Shown piece after piece: positions 18,627 through 28,096 of a DNA stretch of 54,245 bases (within the stretch, counting starts at the first letter, position 1; the number at the start of each line of letters is the position of its first letter). The notes below the pieces were generated by a model, which saw only the letters and a list, made by a program, of their open reading frames with translations, did not search any database and had not been told where the DNA came from. The position numbers and the translations under genes are program-made. Source of the DNA: a virus (lineage: Duplodnaviria; Caudoviricetes); the IMG/VR virus record IMGVR_UViG_3300048073_000020, positions 1 through 54,245 of that record. The stretch is one strand, 5' to 3'.

Positions 18627-19073
18627 GTGGCAACGATTACTAGCGCAAATGCGAAACTGACCTTTACGGTGCGCGGCCCTGCCGGCATCGTGGTCGGCCC
18701 GTTCACCGTGCAGGGCTACGCGTCCGACGATGCCTTCGCTACCGAAGTCGTCGATTCGGCCGAAGCTCTAATGGGCGTCGATGGCAAGATGAGCGTCGGC
18801 CTTACGCCGTACATCACTCGCCAGACCATCACCCTGCAGGCCGACTCGCCGAGCATCGCGCTTTTCGAAGCGTGGATCGGTGCCGAGCAGGTTCTTAAAG
18901 ACGTGCTTATCGCCGACGGTGCCCTCTCGTACCCTGGCCTGCAGAAAGCATACGCGCTCGTTAAAGGCGCGCTGACGCGGTTGACCCCCATGCCGCAGGC
19001 CAAGCGCGTACTGCAGCCCGTGACCTACGAGATTGCGTGGGAAACGGTGCAGCCGGCCCCCGTGGCGGCGTAA
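18627..19073 (+). CDS. tail tube protein
   Basis: ITSANA, MGVDG, ITLQADSPS; follows sheath. Confidence 0.75.
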   Translation: MATITSANAKLTFTVRGPAGIVVGPFTVQGYASDDAFATEVVDSAEALMGVDGKMSVGLTPYITRQTITLQADSPSIALFEAWIGAEQVLKDVLIADGALSYPGLQKAYALVKGALTRLTPMPQAKRVLQPVTYEIAWETVQPAPVAA

Positions 19074-19076
19074 GCC

Positions 19077-19547
19077 GTGGCTCGCCGCACGAAACGGGTC
19101 ACGATAACCGCCGACGGTCGTGACCGGGGCAAGGTGTTCGAGCTGCGCGAGAAGCCGGCCGACGACGCCGAACGTTGGGCAACGCGTGCAGTCATCGCCC
19201 TGGCGAACGCTGGCGCGCGGCTGCCCGACGGCGCGCTCGAAGCCGGGGGTATGGCAGGGCTCGAACTCTCGTTGCGTAATGTGGTCCTGACGGGCATACA
19301 GGCGATTCAGGGTTTGCGCTTCGCGGATATCGAACCCCTGCTCGACGAGATGAAGCCGTGCATATCGTGGTGCCCACCCGGCAACGCGCCCTTGCAGCCG
19401 ATTTTTCCCGGCGAAGACTCGCAAGTCGAAGAGGTCGCGACGTGGTACACGCTGCGATACGAGCTGCTTCAACTGCACTTGGGTTTTTCACTGGCCGCCG
19501 GGCACTCGACTACGGGCACCACCCCGTCACAACCGCCGGCCTCTTGA
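19077..19547 (+). CDS. tail assembly chaperone (gpG-like)
   Basis: Between tube and tape measure genes; slippery G-GGT-TTT at 19481-19487. Confidence 0.75.
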   Translation: MARRTKRVTITADGRDRGKVFELREKPADDAERWATRAVIALANAGARLPDGALEAGGMAGLELSLRNVVLTGIQAIQGLRFADIEPLLDEMKPCISWCPPGNAPLQPIFPGEDSQVEEVATWYTLRYELLQLHLGFSLAAGHSTTGTTPSQPPAS

Positions 19548-19717
19548 ACTACACCAACGTGCCGCGAGTCATCGGCACGATTGTCTCGTCGGGTAAAGCC
19601 ACGCTGCACGAGCTGCAGACTGTCTACGGCGTCGCTGACGCTTACGATATGCTAGAAGTCGTAACGGTGGACCTACACAACGAACGGGTGCTACGTGGCC
19701 GGCGCGACAGTAATTGA
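19481..19717 (+). CDS. -1 frameshift extension of tail chaperone (gpT-like)
   Basis: The -1 frame is open to 19717: ATLHELQTVYGVADAYDMLEV. Confidence 0.7.
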   Translation, partial: GFFTGRRALDYGHHPVTTAGLLNYTNVPRVIGTIVSSGKATLHELQTVYGVADAYDMLEVVTVDLHNERVLRGRRDSN

Positions 19718-21221
19718 CCAACTAATCGTAAAGCTCGGGCTCGACCCGAGCGGTGTTACGAAAGGCAGCAAGCAGGCTGCCGCCGAGTTCTTGAAGACCG
19801 AGCAAACGGTCAAGCGCGGCGCAGACAACATGGGCCGCAGCATCGTCGGGTTCACCGGCAAGCTGCTCGGGGTCGTGACCGTCGCGTCTGCTGTCAAAAA
19901 GGGCTTGTCGTTCGTCAGCGATCTATCGCGCGACGTTCGGCAGCTCGGCATCGACTCGAAGAACTTCGGCATTGCGGCCAACGAGCTGCGCAACTTCCAA
20001 AACGTTTCCGAGATGTTCGGCGGCAAGGCCGAAGATGCAACGAAGACAATCGGCAACCTCACGAAAGCCGTTTACGATCTAGCATACAACGGGCAGATTT
20101 CCGACTCGCTCGTGATGCTCGGCCGTCTCGGTGTTCGTTTCCAAGACACGAGCGGCAAGGCGCGCAACTTCAACGACATTGTGCTCGATACCGAGAAGCG
20201 CGTACAGCAGCTCGCGGCCTCGGGGCACTCGCGCGAAAACTTGAATCAGATGCTTGCGCAAGCCGGGTTCGACCCTGGCCTATCGCAAGCGATTCTCGCA
20301 GGCCGTGTGGGTGAAGAACTCAACCGCCAGCGCACCCGCCGGCAAGTCTCGGGCGAGGTCGTCGGCGCTGCGACCGAATGGGAACGTTCGGCGACGAATC
20401 GCGACCAAGCAATCGCGGCGGCAACGCTGCGTGTACTGCCGGCGCAGGCAGCCGCAGGCACGAAAGCGAACGACTTGATTGCCGGCGCTGCCGAGGGTGC
20501 CAGCGACTTGACGTTGCAAGGCGGCCTCGAAGCGTTGACGAGTGCGTTAGAAACATCCGCGACCGCTATCAAAGATTCCGCAGGCAAGGTTTCCGATGCG
20601 CTCGACGACGTAGGCGAGAAAATGCTGCGCTCGATCTACCCGAAGGGCCGCCAGAATTACGAGCGCGATATCACCGACGCCGCACGTAAGTACGGCATCG
20701 ACCCCGAGATGCTTGCGGGCGTGCTCGCCACCGAATCGAATTTCGACCCGGCTGCGGTCAGCCCTGCCGGTGCCGTCGGTATCGCGCAGCTCATGCCGAA
20801 ATATTTCCCCGGCGCGGGCAAGAACCCGCACGAGGATATTGACACCGCTGCTGCATATCTAAAGACGTTGCGCGATGCGTTCCTAAAAGACGGCATGAGC
20901 GAAGACGACGCGTATTACCGCGCGTTTCAGTCCTACAACGCCGGGCAGTCGCGAGTACGCAAGGCGATGGCCGGCGGCAAGCCGCTCGCGCAGGAAACAA
21001 TCGATTACCCCGGCAAGGTGCTCGGCTACGCGGCGCAAGCCACACCGTCGCCCGGCGCGCAGACCGGCGGTAGCAGTGGCACCTCGACCTCGAACTCGGT
21101 CAGCATCGGCAAGATTGAAGTGCAGACGCAGGCCACCGACGCCGACGGAATCATGCGCGACGCTGCCGGTGCAGCTAAGCGCAAGTTCATGGCGGCGCAG
21201 GCCGACAACGGGGTCAGTTAA
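19695..21221 (+). CDS. tape measure protein with lytic transglycosylase (SLT) domain
   Basis: AARKYGIDP..ATESNFDPAAVSPAGAVGIAQLMP..SYNAG. Confidence 0.85.
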   Translation: MAGATVIDQLIVKLGLDPSGVTKGSKQAAAEFLKTEQTVKRGADNMGRSIVGFTGKLLGVVTVASAVKKGLSFVSDLSRDVRQLGIDSKNFGIAANELRNFQNVSEMFGGKAEDATKTIGNLTKAVYDLAYNGQISDSLVMLGRLGVRFQDTSGKARNFNDIVLDTEKRVQQLAASGHSRENLNQMLAQAGFDPGLSQAILAGRVGEELNRQRTRRQVSGEVVGAATEWERSATNRDQAIAAATLRVLPAQAAAGTKANDLIAGAAEGASDLTLQGGLEALTSALETSATAIKDSAGKVSDALDDVGEKMLRSIYPKGRQNYERDITDAARKYGIDPEMLAGVLATESNFDPAAVSPAGAVGIAQLMPKYFPGAGKNPHEDIDTAAAYLKTLRDAFLKDGMSEDDAYYRAFQSYNAGQSRVRKAMAGGKPLAQETIDYPGKVLGYAAQATPSPGAQTGGSSGTSTSNSVSIGKIEVQTQATDADGIMRDAAGAAKRKFMAAQADNGVS

Positions 21222-21950
21222 ATGGCGTTCATACCTAAGCCGCAGTTTCCGAACGTGCCGAAGCTGCCCGGCGTGCCGCAGCTCTTGCGCAATCCGCAAT
21301 TCCCTGCCGGGCCGCCCCCGGTGGTCGGCGCTGCGATTGCAATCGGTCGTCTATGGCAAGCGCTGTTTACGCAGCCCTTGTGGGCGATCTACAAGCAGGC
21401 CGAGGCCGAGCCTACCGAGACTGACGAAGGCGTCGAGCAAGTGACCGTGACCGCAGACCGCGAGCCCGTGGTCGTGCCCGATTCGTTCTTGTCGTTCAAC
21501 TGGCGCAACGAGTACAGCGTCAGCGATTACCCCGTGCAACGTGGCGCGTTCATGAGTTACAACAAGGTCGCGAATCCGTTCGAGACTGCGTTGCGACTCT
21601 CGAAGGGCGGCACGTTGCAGCAGCGCAAGGCATTCTTAGAATCGCTCGATGCGATTGCAGGTACGCTCGACCTGTATGACATTCTCACGCCCGAGAAAAC
21701 ATACATTGGCGTCAACGTCCTACGCTGCGAGATTGCGCGCCAAGGTGCAAAGGGTGCGTATTTCTTCGCCGAGGTCGATGTGTATTTTCGTGAAATCCGT
21801 CAGGTCGAGTCGCAGTACACGACGACCTCGGCCGACACCGCGAACGCGCAAAGCCCCTCGGCGCTGCCCGTGCAAAACGTTGGCACTGTGCCGGCGCAAA
21901 CTTCTGCAGTGACGCCCGACACCGTGGGCATCACGCCCGAGGGGCCGTAA
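21222..21950 (+). CDS. baseplate/tail tube initiator protein
   Basis: SDYPVQRGAFMSYNKV..P motif; synteny. Confidence 0.65.
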   Translation: MAFIPKPQFPNVPKLPGVPQLLRNPQFPAGPPPVVGAAIAIGRLWQALFTQPLWAIYKQAEAEPTETDEGVEQVTVTADREPVVVPDSFLSFNWRNEYSVSDYPVQRGAFMSYNKVANPFETALRLSKGGTLQQRKAFLESLDAIAGTLDLYDILTPEKTYIGVNVLRCEIARQGAKGAYFFAEVDVYFREIRQVESQYTTTSADTANAQSPSALPVQNVGTVPAQTSAVTPDTVGITPEGP

Positions 21951-22249
21951 TGCTGCGTATTCCATTGCAAGCCGTGTCGAACCAAACGTTAGCGGTCACG
22001 CTCGCGCGGCAGCCGACACAAATCGCCGTGCGCCAGAATGGCGACTCGATCTACATCGACGTAAGCGTCAACCGCAACTCGATTGTTCGGGGCCGAATCT
22101 GCCGCGACCGTCAGCGGTTGTTACTCGATGCCCACTACCGGGGCTTCGCTGGCGAGCTTGCGTTCGTAGATACGCAGGGCAAGAGCGACCCGCAATGGCA
22201 AGGGCTCGGTTCTCGGTATGTGCTCTACTACATCGAGGCCGGCGCGTGA
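21950..22249 (+). CDS. small baseplate protein
   Basis: FVDTQGKSDP...GLGSRY; synteny. Confidence 0.6.
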   Translation: MLRIPLQAVSNQTLAVTLARQPTQIAVRQNGDSIYIDVSVNRNSIVRGRICRDRQRLLLDAHYRGFAGELAFVDTQGKSDPQWQGLGSRYVLYYIEAGA

Positions 22250-23112
22250 AGTCGTTCAAAGAAAAACGACTGCGCGTAACTCTCATACTCGCCGACGCGA
22301 ATAGTGTCTTTCCGGGTACGAACTCGAACACGTTGATTATCGACGACCTGCGCATCTCGTCGCAGGTTCAAGCCGTCGCGCGCCTCGCAACGCAAGCGCA
22401 AATCGATATCTTCGGGATGTTTCCTGCGGACATGGACGCGTTGACGATTGCATGGTCGCAAGCGCCCGTGATTCTCGACAACATTGTGATACTCGAAGCC
22501 GACTGCGGCAACGGGTTCGTGCAAGTGTTTCGCGGAACGATCATAGAAGCGCAGCCGATTTACTCGGCAGCCCCCGACGTGTTCTTCTCGGTTCTTGCGA
22601 CTACTGGTTATTTCCAAAAGATCAACGCGGCCGAGCCCACGAGTTACCCTGCTGCTGCAGATATCGACACAATCGCCGCAGGCTTTGCGGCCGACATGGG
22701 CTTCGCGTTCGTCAACGGCGGCGCGTTCGGCACACTGGCCGAGGGCGCTTACTTTTGGGGTTCGAAGTGGGATCAATTCGCACAAGCATGCGCAGCTACA
22801 AATACCGATTTCTACGTGCTCGGCGACACGCTGCTTATCACGGCAGCAAACTTGCCAAACGATCAGCAACCCGCCGTCGTACTGACGCCCGCGTCAGGGC
22901 TCGTAGGTTATCCACAATTCGAGCGCTCGGGGCTATCGGTGCTCGCGTTGTTCGACCCCGCGTTGACCTGCGGTGTGCCTCTTGAAATCGAGGGCGATGT
23001 GCCAGCGGCTAACGGCCGATGGTATCCCTACGCGCTGATTTATGTTTTAGAGTCGCGCAAGCCTAACGGCAATTGGTTCGCGCAGATGAAGTGCAACAAG
23101 GTACTAGTGTAA
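22246..23112 (+). CDS. baseplate hub protein
   Basis: GTGA overlap; GLVGYP; precedes spike. Confidence 0.65.
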   Translation: MKSFKEKRLRVTLILADANSVFPGTNSNTLIIDDLRISSQVQAVARLATQAQIDIFGMFPADMDALTIAWSQAPVILDNIVILEADCGNGFVQVFRGTIIEAQPIYSAAPDVFFSVLATTGYFQKINAAEPTSYPAAADIDTIAAGFAADMGFAFVNGGAFGTLAEGAYFWGSKWDQFAQACAATNTDFYVLGDTLLITAANLPNDQQPAVVLTPASGLVGYPQFERSGLSVLALFDPALTCGVPLEIEGDVPAANGRWYPYALIYVLESRKPNGNWFAQMKCNKVLV

Positions 23113-23792
23113 TGGCCGTCGGCAACCAACAACCCGCCAACACGGCAAGCGACTTTGCAACGCTGCAATTCATCGTGCAGCAGATGCTCGGCCGCGCGCA
23201 GACTCTCACGCTATGCCGCGTCGTCAGTTGCACGAACGAAGGCGGAATTGTTCCTGTAGGAACATTGACCGTGCAGCCGCTCGTAAACATGATGACCGGC
23301 AACCGCGAGGCGATCCAGCACAAGCCGCTTTATAACGTTCCCTACGTGCGGATTTCTGGCGGCCGTAACGCGATCATCATCGACCCGCAACCGGGCGACC
23401 TCGGGCTCGTCGCATTCTGCTCGCGCGATATCTCGGCGGTGAAGGCGTCGAAGAACATCTCGAACCCTGGCAGCTTGCGGCAGTTCGACTACGCCGACGG
23501 CGTGTGGATTGCGCCTTGCCTTGGCACCGAGGCACCGCTGCAGTATATCGTTATGAACGACGACGGCGTGCGGATCGTCAGCCCGACGGCCATCGAGCTG
23601 CAAGCGCCGGTCGTGCGCATCCTTGGCGAGTTCGAGCAGTCGAACGGCGACGCGAGCTTCGCGCAGTCGGTGGATGTGGCCGCCGATGTGACCGTGCAAG
23701 GTGAAGTGACCGCAGGTAATATCCCCCTCACGCAGCACCGGCACAACGGTGTTACGCCGGGCGGCGGCAACTCGGGCACCCCGATACCATGA
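23112..23792 (+). CDS. baseplate central spike (gpV/gp138-like)
   Basis: DPQPGDLG..CSRDIS OB-like region; C-terminal HRH motif LTQHRHNGV. Confidence 0.8.
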   Translation: MAVGNQQPANTASDFATLQFIVQQMLGRAQTLTLCRVVSCTNEGGIVPVGTLTVQPLVNMMTGNREAIQHKPLYNVPYVRISGGRNAIIIDPQPGDLGLVAFCSRDISAVKASKNISNPGSLRQFDYADGVWIAPCLGTEAPLQYIVMNDDGVRIVSPTAIELQAPVVRILGEFEQSNGDASFAQSVDVAADVTVQGEVTAGNIPLTQHRHNGVTPGGGNSGTPIP

Positions 23793-24142
23793 AAACCCTA
23801 TTACTCGACAACACGTATTGGGATTTGCTCGCCGACGCGGCCGGGAATATCGCCGTCGCTGCCGAGCCCTACGCCTATGCGCAGGACGTGGCGAGCGCGC
23901 AGAAATTGTTCCTTGCCGAGTGCTGGTACGACGTGTCGCGGGGCATCCCCTACTTCGAAACCGTGCTCGGGCAGACGCCCCCGGTGTCATACTTTCAAGA
24001 GCTTATGGTGCGGGCGGCCCTTACGGTTCCCGGCATCGTGTCTGCCGAGTGTACAATCGAGGGCTTCGAAAATCGCACCGTTGAAGGGCAGACCATTGCC
24101 CGCACCGCGACCGGGCAACAAGTTCGAGTGAGTCTGCAGTAA
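23789..24142 (+). CDS. baseplate wedge subunit (gp25-like)
   Basis: LFLAECWYD..GIPY; synteny. Confidence 0.7.
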   Translation: MKTLLLDNTYWDLLADAAGNIAVAAEPYAYAQDVASAQKLFLAECWYDVSRGIPYFETVLGQTPPVSYFQELMVRAALTVPGIVSAECTIEGFENRTVEGQTIARTATGQQVRVSLQ

Positions 24143-25362
24143 TGGCAACAAACGTACCCCCGGTCGTCTTCACCCCCACCGGCCCCGACGTGCCCCAAGA
24201 GTCGGCGGTGCTCGCGGGCGTCAAGCAGGACATTAACGACGCGTTCGGCGGTCAGTTGAACATGGACGCCCCCGAGACGCCGCAAGGGCAGCTCGCGGCC
24301 TCACAAGCTGCCATCGTGGCAGATTGCAACGAGCGGTGGGCGTACCTCGTGAACCAAATCGACCCGGACACGGCCGAGGGGTTCATGCAAGACGCTATCG
24401 CGCGTATCTACTTCCTCGACCGCAGCCCCGGCGCACCGACGGCCGTGCAGTGCTTGTGCTCGGGCTCGGCCGGTGTGGTCATCCCCGTCGGTGCCGAGGC
24501 GCAGGACACGAGCGGCAACCGCTACGTTTGCACGCAAGAGGGTGTGATTCCGATTTCGGGCTCGATAACCCTGTCGTTCGCGAACGTTCTCGACGGCCCG
24601 ATCCCTTGCCCGGCCAACACGTTGACCATTATCTACCGCGCTATTCCGGGGTGGGATTCGATCAACAACCCGACGCCGGGCGTTGCGGGCCGTCTCGTCG
24701 AGACTCGCGCCGAGTTCGAGTTCAGGCGACGCAACTCGGTGGCGTTGAATGCTCGCGGCTCGCTGCCCTCGATCTACTCGGCGGTGTTCGACGTTGATGA
24801 TGTAATCGACGTATTCGCCTACGAGAACACCACGAACGCGCCGTTAGATGTTGGCAGCACCGATTACACGATGGTGCCGCACTCGCTCTATGTTGCAGTG
24901 GTCGGCGGCGACGCGCAGGAAATTGCCGAGGCGATTTGGCGTAAAAAGGATGTGGGCTGCGACTACAACGGCAACACCTCGGTAATCGTGAAAGATACGA
25001 GCGGCTATCAGGCACCCGAGCCAACGTACACCGTCAAGTTCGAGCGCCCTGCGTCGCTGCCGATTTTCTTCCGCGTCGAGATTGCGGCCTCGGTGTCGCT
25101 GCCTGCGGATATCGAGCAGCTTGTGCGTGCAGCGATCATCGCAGCGTTTAACGGGCTCGACGGCGGCCAGCGTGCGCGCATCGGCTCTATGATCCTCGCG
25201 TCGCGCTTCGTTGGCCCCGTGCAGCGGATCGGCCCCGAGGTTTCCATCTTGTCGATTCTGATCGGCACGAGCGGCCCCGGTGCGTTGAACTCGGTACTTG
25301 TGGGCATCGACCAAGCGCCGACCGTTGACGAGAACGATATCACCGTCGTCATTACGCCGTAA
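24142..25362 (+). CDS. baseplate J-like wedge protein
   Basis: ETPQGQLA, GRLVETRAEFEFRR, PHSLYVAVVGG. Confidence 0.8.
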   Translation: MATNVPPVVFTPTGPDVPQESAVLAGVKQDINDAFGGQLNMDAPETPQGQLAASQAAIVADCNERWAYLVNQIDPDTAEGFMQDAIARIYFLDRSPGAPTAVQCLCSGSAGVVIPVGAEAQDTSGNRYVCTQEGVIPISGSITLSFANVLDGPIPCPANTLTIIYRAIPGWDSINNPTPGVAGRLVETRAEFEFRRRNSVALNARGSLPSIYSAVFDVDDVIDVFAYENTTNAPLDVGSTDYTMVPHSLYVAVVGGDAQEIAEAIWRKKDVGCDYNGNTSVIVKDTSGYQAPEPTYTVKFERPASLPIFFRVEIAASVSLPADIEQLVRAAIIAAFNGLDGGQRARIGSMILASRFVGPVQRIGPEVSILSILIGTSGPGALNSVLVGIDQAPTVDENDITVVITP

Positions 25363-25366
25363 CGAT

Positions 25367-26023
25367 ATGCAAAACGTCGGCCGCACAATCATCTCGCAGT
25401 ATGCGAACTCGCCCACGATTCGCGCGCTTATCGAGAACTTTAACGAGTACATCGACCCGCGCGCGAACCTCGACGCGTTTTACGAGATGGTGTGGAACGT
25501 TGACACTGCCGTCGGTGTCGGCCTCGACATTTGGGGCCGCATCGTCGGCGTATCTCGTCTGCTGCAGCTCACATCGAACCGCGATACGTTCGGCTATCTA
25601 AATGACGACTTCCCGCCGGATTGGGCACCGTTCAACCAAGGCACGTTTTCGACTGGCAGCGAACTGACGCAAGCCTATGAACTCGCCGACGACGCCTACC
25701 GGGTTTTGATCCTGACGAAAGCGTTATCGAACATCGTCGCCACGAACGCGCCCTCGTTGAACGCCCTGCTGCAGAATCTGTTTCCCGGTCGTGGCCGTGC
25801 CTACGTGCTCGACCTCGGGGGCATGGCGATGCGCTTCGTGTTCGAGTTCTCGCTTACGACCATCGAATACGCGATACTCACGCAGTCGGGCGCGCTGCCG
25901 CACCCGGCCGGCGTGCGTTATAGCGTGCTCGTGTTGCCGACGGCTGGCTTGTTCGGCTTCAAGGAAAACGGGCCGCTCGTGCAGCCTTTCGACTACGGTG
26001 TCTTCTATCAACCGCCGGTGTAA
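25367..26023 (+). CDS. baseplate wedge protein (DUF2612-like)
   Basis: SQYANSP, AVGVGLDIWGRIVG, LPHPAGV. Confidence 0.75.
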   Translation: MQNVGRTIISQYANSPTIRALIENFNEYIDPRANLDAFYEMVWNVDTAVGVGLDIWGRIVGVSRLLQLTSNRDTFGYLNDDFPPDWAPFNQGTFSTGSELTQAYELADDAYRVLILTKALSNIVATNAPSLNALLQNLFPGRGRAYVLDLGGMAMRFVFEFSLTTIEYAILTQSGALPHPAGVRYSVLVLPTAGLFGFKENGPLVQPFDYGVFYQPPV

Positions 26024-26026
26024 ATA

Positions 26027-27364
26027 ATGGCCGCCCCAACACCCCCGTTTATTCCGCAGGCTTTCGCGAACAACGCGGCCGGCGCATATCGCAACACGAT
26101 CCCCGACACGACCGTTACGCCGGGTCGTGCGTCGTTCAATCTCGGGTTTCCGCCTATCACAATGACCCCGGTCATTTCCGGCGGTCGGCCCCCGCTCGGC
26201 CAGGATGTGAACGGCATCCTGTATATGATTTCGTCGCACACGGTCTACCAGCAAACCGGGCAGCCGTACCGGTGGGCGAGCGCCGTAGCGACTGCTATCG
26301 GCGGTTACGCCGTGGGCACCCTGCTCGGCAGCACCGACGGCGCGACCCTTTGGTACAACATCGTAAACAACAACAGCACGGACCCCGACGCGGGCGGTGC
26401 CGGGTGGGTTGCGATGTATTCCTACGGCATCGCGAGCGTCAGCGGTGTGACCGGTGGCGTGCGCACGCTGACGGCGGCCGAGGCTGCGAAGTCGGTCATT
26501 GTGCTGACGGGTACGTTAGTCGCGAATCTGCAGCTTGTGGTTCCGAATCAGGTTCGGCGCTGGCTGATTATCAACGCGACTACGGGCTTGTTCTCGGTCA
26601 CGGTGAAGACGAGCGGCGGTTCGGGCGTGGCCGTGCCGAACGGCGGCTTTACGAATCCTGTCGAAGTGTGGAGCGACGCGACGAATGTTTACAACGTCGT
26701 TGCGCCGGTGAACTTGCCGATTGACCAAGCGCCGAACCCGCTGACCATCGTACAGCGAACGAACGCGGGCTACGTGTATGCGGTCTACTTCAATCAGTCG
26801 AGCGCTATCGAGAACCTGCCGGCCTCGTCGATTTTCTTCGAGTACAACAACGACGGCTTTCTGCGGAAGATTGCGCCGACTGCTTTGCAAGCGCAGCTCT
26901 TGCTCGCGAACTTCGCCGGGCAAGTCTCGAACGCACAAGTACCCGTGGGTGCGGTCAATCAGTGGCGCGGCACTATCCTCGACAATTCGGCGCTGACGGG
27001 TACGCCCACGGCACCGACGCCGAGCGCGGGCGATAATTCTTCGCGTGTTGCAACGACTGCGTTCGTGCAAGCGACGGCCTCGATTGGTTACGGTCAGTCG
27101 TGGACGTTGCCCGGCAAAGACAAGAACATCACATACACGAACTCGACGGGCCGCCCTATCGAGGTCGTCGTCTCGATCAACATCACGAGCGGCGGCGGCA
27201 ACGTCAACGTGCTCGTAGGTGCCGTGCAGATTGTCACAACGTCGAACGGTTCGTCGGCCGACAACGAAATCGCTATCACGTTCACCGTGCCCGCCGGGCA
27301 AACGTACCGAGTCAACGGCAGCGGCGCTCGCACTAACGTCGCACGTTGGGCCGAGCTTGTCTAA
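26027..27364 (+). CDS. tail fibre protein
   Basis: GFPPITMTP..GGRPP..DVNGILY anchor; ALTGTPTAPTPSAGDNSSRVATTAFVQ repeat; YTNSTGRPI C-terminal domain. Confidence 0.85.
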   Translation: MAAPTPPFIPQAFANNAAGAYRNTIPDTTVTPGRASFNLGFPPITMTPVISGGRPPLGQDVNGILYMISSHTVYQQTGQPYRWASAVATAIGGYAVGTLLGSTDGATLWYNIVNNNSTDPDAGGAGWVAMYSYGIASVSGVTGGVRTLTAAEAAKSVIVLTGTLVANLQLVVPNQVRRWLIINATTGLFSVTVKTSGGSGVAVPNGGFTNPVEVWSDATNVYNVVAPVNLPIDQAPNPLTIVQRTNAGYVYAVYFNQSSAIENLPASSIFFEYNNDGFLRKIAPTALQAQLLLANFAGQVSNAQVPVGAVNQWRGTILDNSALTGTPTAPTPSAGDNSSRVATTAFVQATASIGYGQSWTLPGKDKNITYTNSTGRPIEVVVSINITSGGGNVNVLVGAVQIVTTSNGSSADNEIAITFTVPAGQTYRVNGSGARTNVARWAELV

Positions 27365-27376
27365 GAGGTTGCAAAC

Positions 27377-28096
27377 ATGTCCGGCGTAATCGTTCCAACT
27401 AACATTGTCGTCAAGCCGTTCGGCGCGGATGCCGACCCGACGTATATACAACTGCCTATCCCGATCCCCGATCAAACATTGACCGAGCCGGGTGCGGCAG
27501 CGTTCGACACGGGCTTCGGGCCGCTCAACATGACCGACCTTGCAGCGGGTGGTATCCCGCCGCGAGGCCGCGACATGAACGGCATCCTGTACATGATTAC
27601 CGCGTATATCGCGCTGCTGCAGGCCGGCCAGCGGGTCAACTGGAACGAAGACGCAAGCGACGCGTTTACCGGGTACGCAATCGGTGCCGAGGTCGCGAGC
27701 ATCACCACGCCGGGCCGAGTGTGGGTGAACCTGCTCGACGCCAACGTCAACGACCCGGACGACGACGACACCGGGTGGCGCGCGCTCGATCCGCTGACCG
27801 CTACGACGCCGCTGTCTGGCGCGCAGAATAACGTCGTGCTGCCAGGGGCCAGCGACTACGCCCTCGATATTGATACGACGGCGGGCGCATGTGATATTTC
27901 GGGCTTCGTCGCCCAACGCAACGGGCAGATTCTTTACGTGTCGAACGTAGGGGCGAACCTGTTGCAGATTCTCGCGAATAGCGGCTTGTCTACTGCCGAC
28001 AATCGAATCAGGGCAGCGACCGACCTTGCACTCGTGACGAATCAAACTTTGACGTTGCAATGGTTCTCCGGCCTCGATAGGTGGTTACTAACATGA
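27377..28096 (+). CDS. second short fibre/adaptor sharing the fibre anchor domain
   Basis: GGIPPRGRDMNGILYMI paralogous to GGRPPLGQDVNGILYMI. Confidence 0.7.
   Translation: MSGVIVPTNIVVKPFGADADPTYIQLPIPIPDQTLTEPGAAAFDTGFGPLNMTDLAAGGIPPRGRDMNGILYMITAYIALLQAGQRVNWNEDASDAFTGYAIGAEVASITTPGRVWVNLLDANVNDPDDDDTGWRALDPLTATTPLSGAQNNVVLPGASDYALDIDTTAGACDISGFVAQRNGQILYVSNVGANLLQILANSGLSTADNRIRAATDLALVTNQTLTLQWFSGLDRWLLT

Noticed and set aside
26516-28060. 514-aa minus-strand ORF
   Set aside because: Antisense to fibre genes; Arg-rich shadow composition
26027-28096. Diversity-generating retroelement or invertible fibre cassette
   Set aside because: No reverse transcriptase or invertase seen; similarity is limited to the paralogous anchor domain
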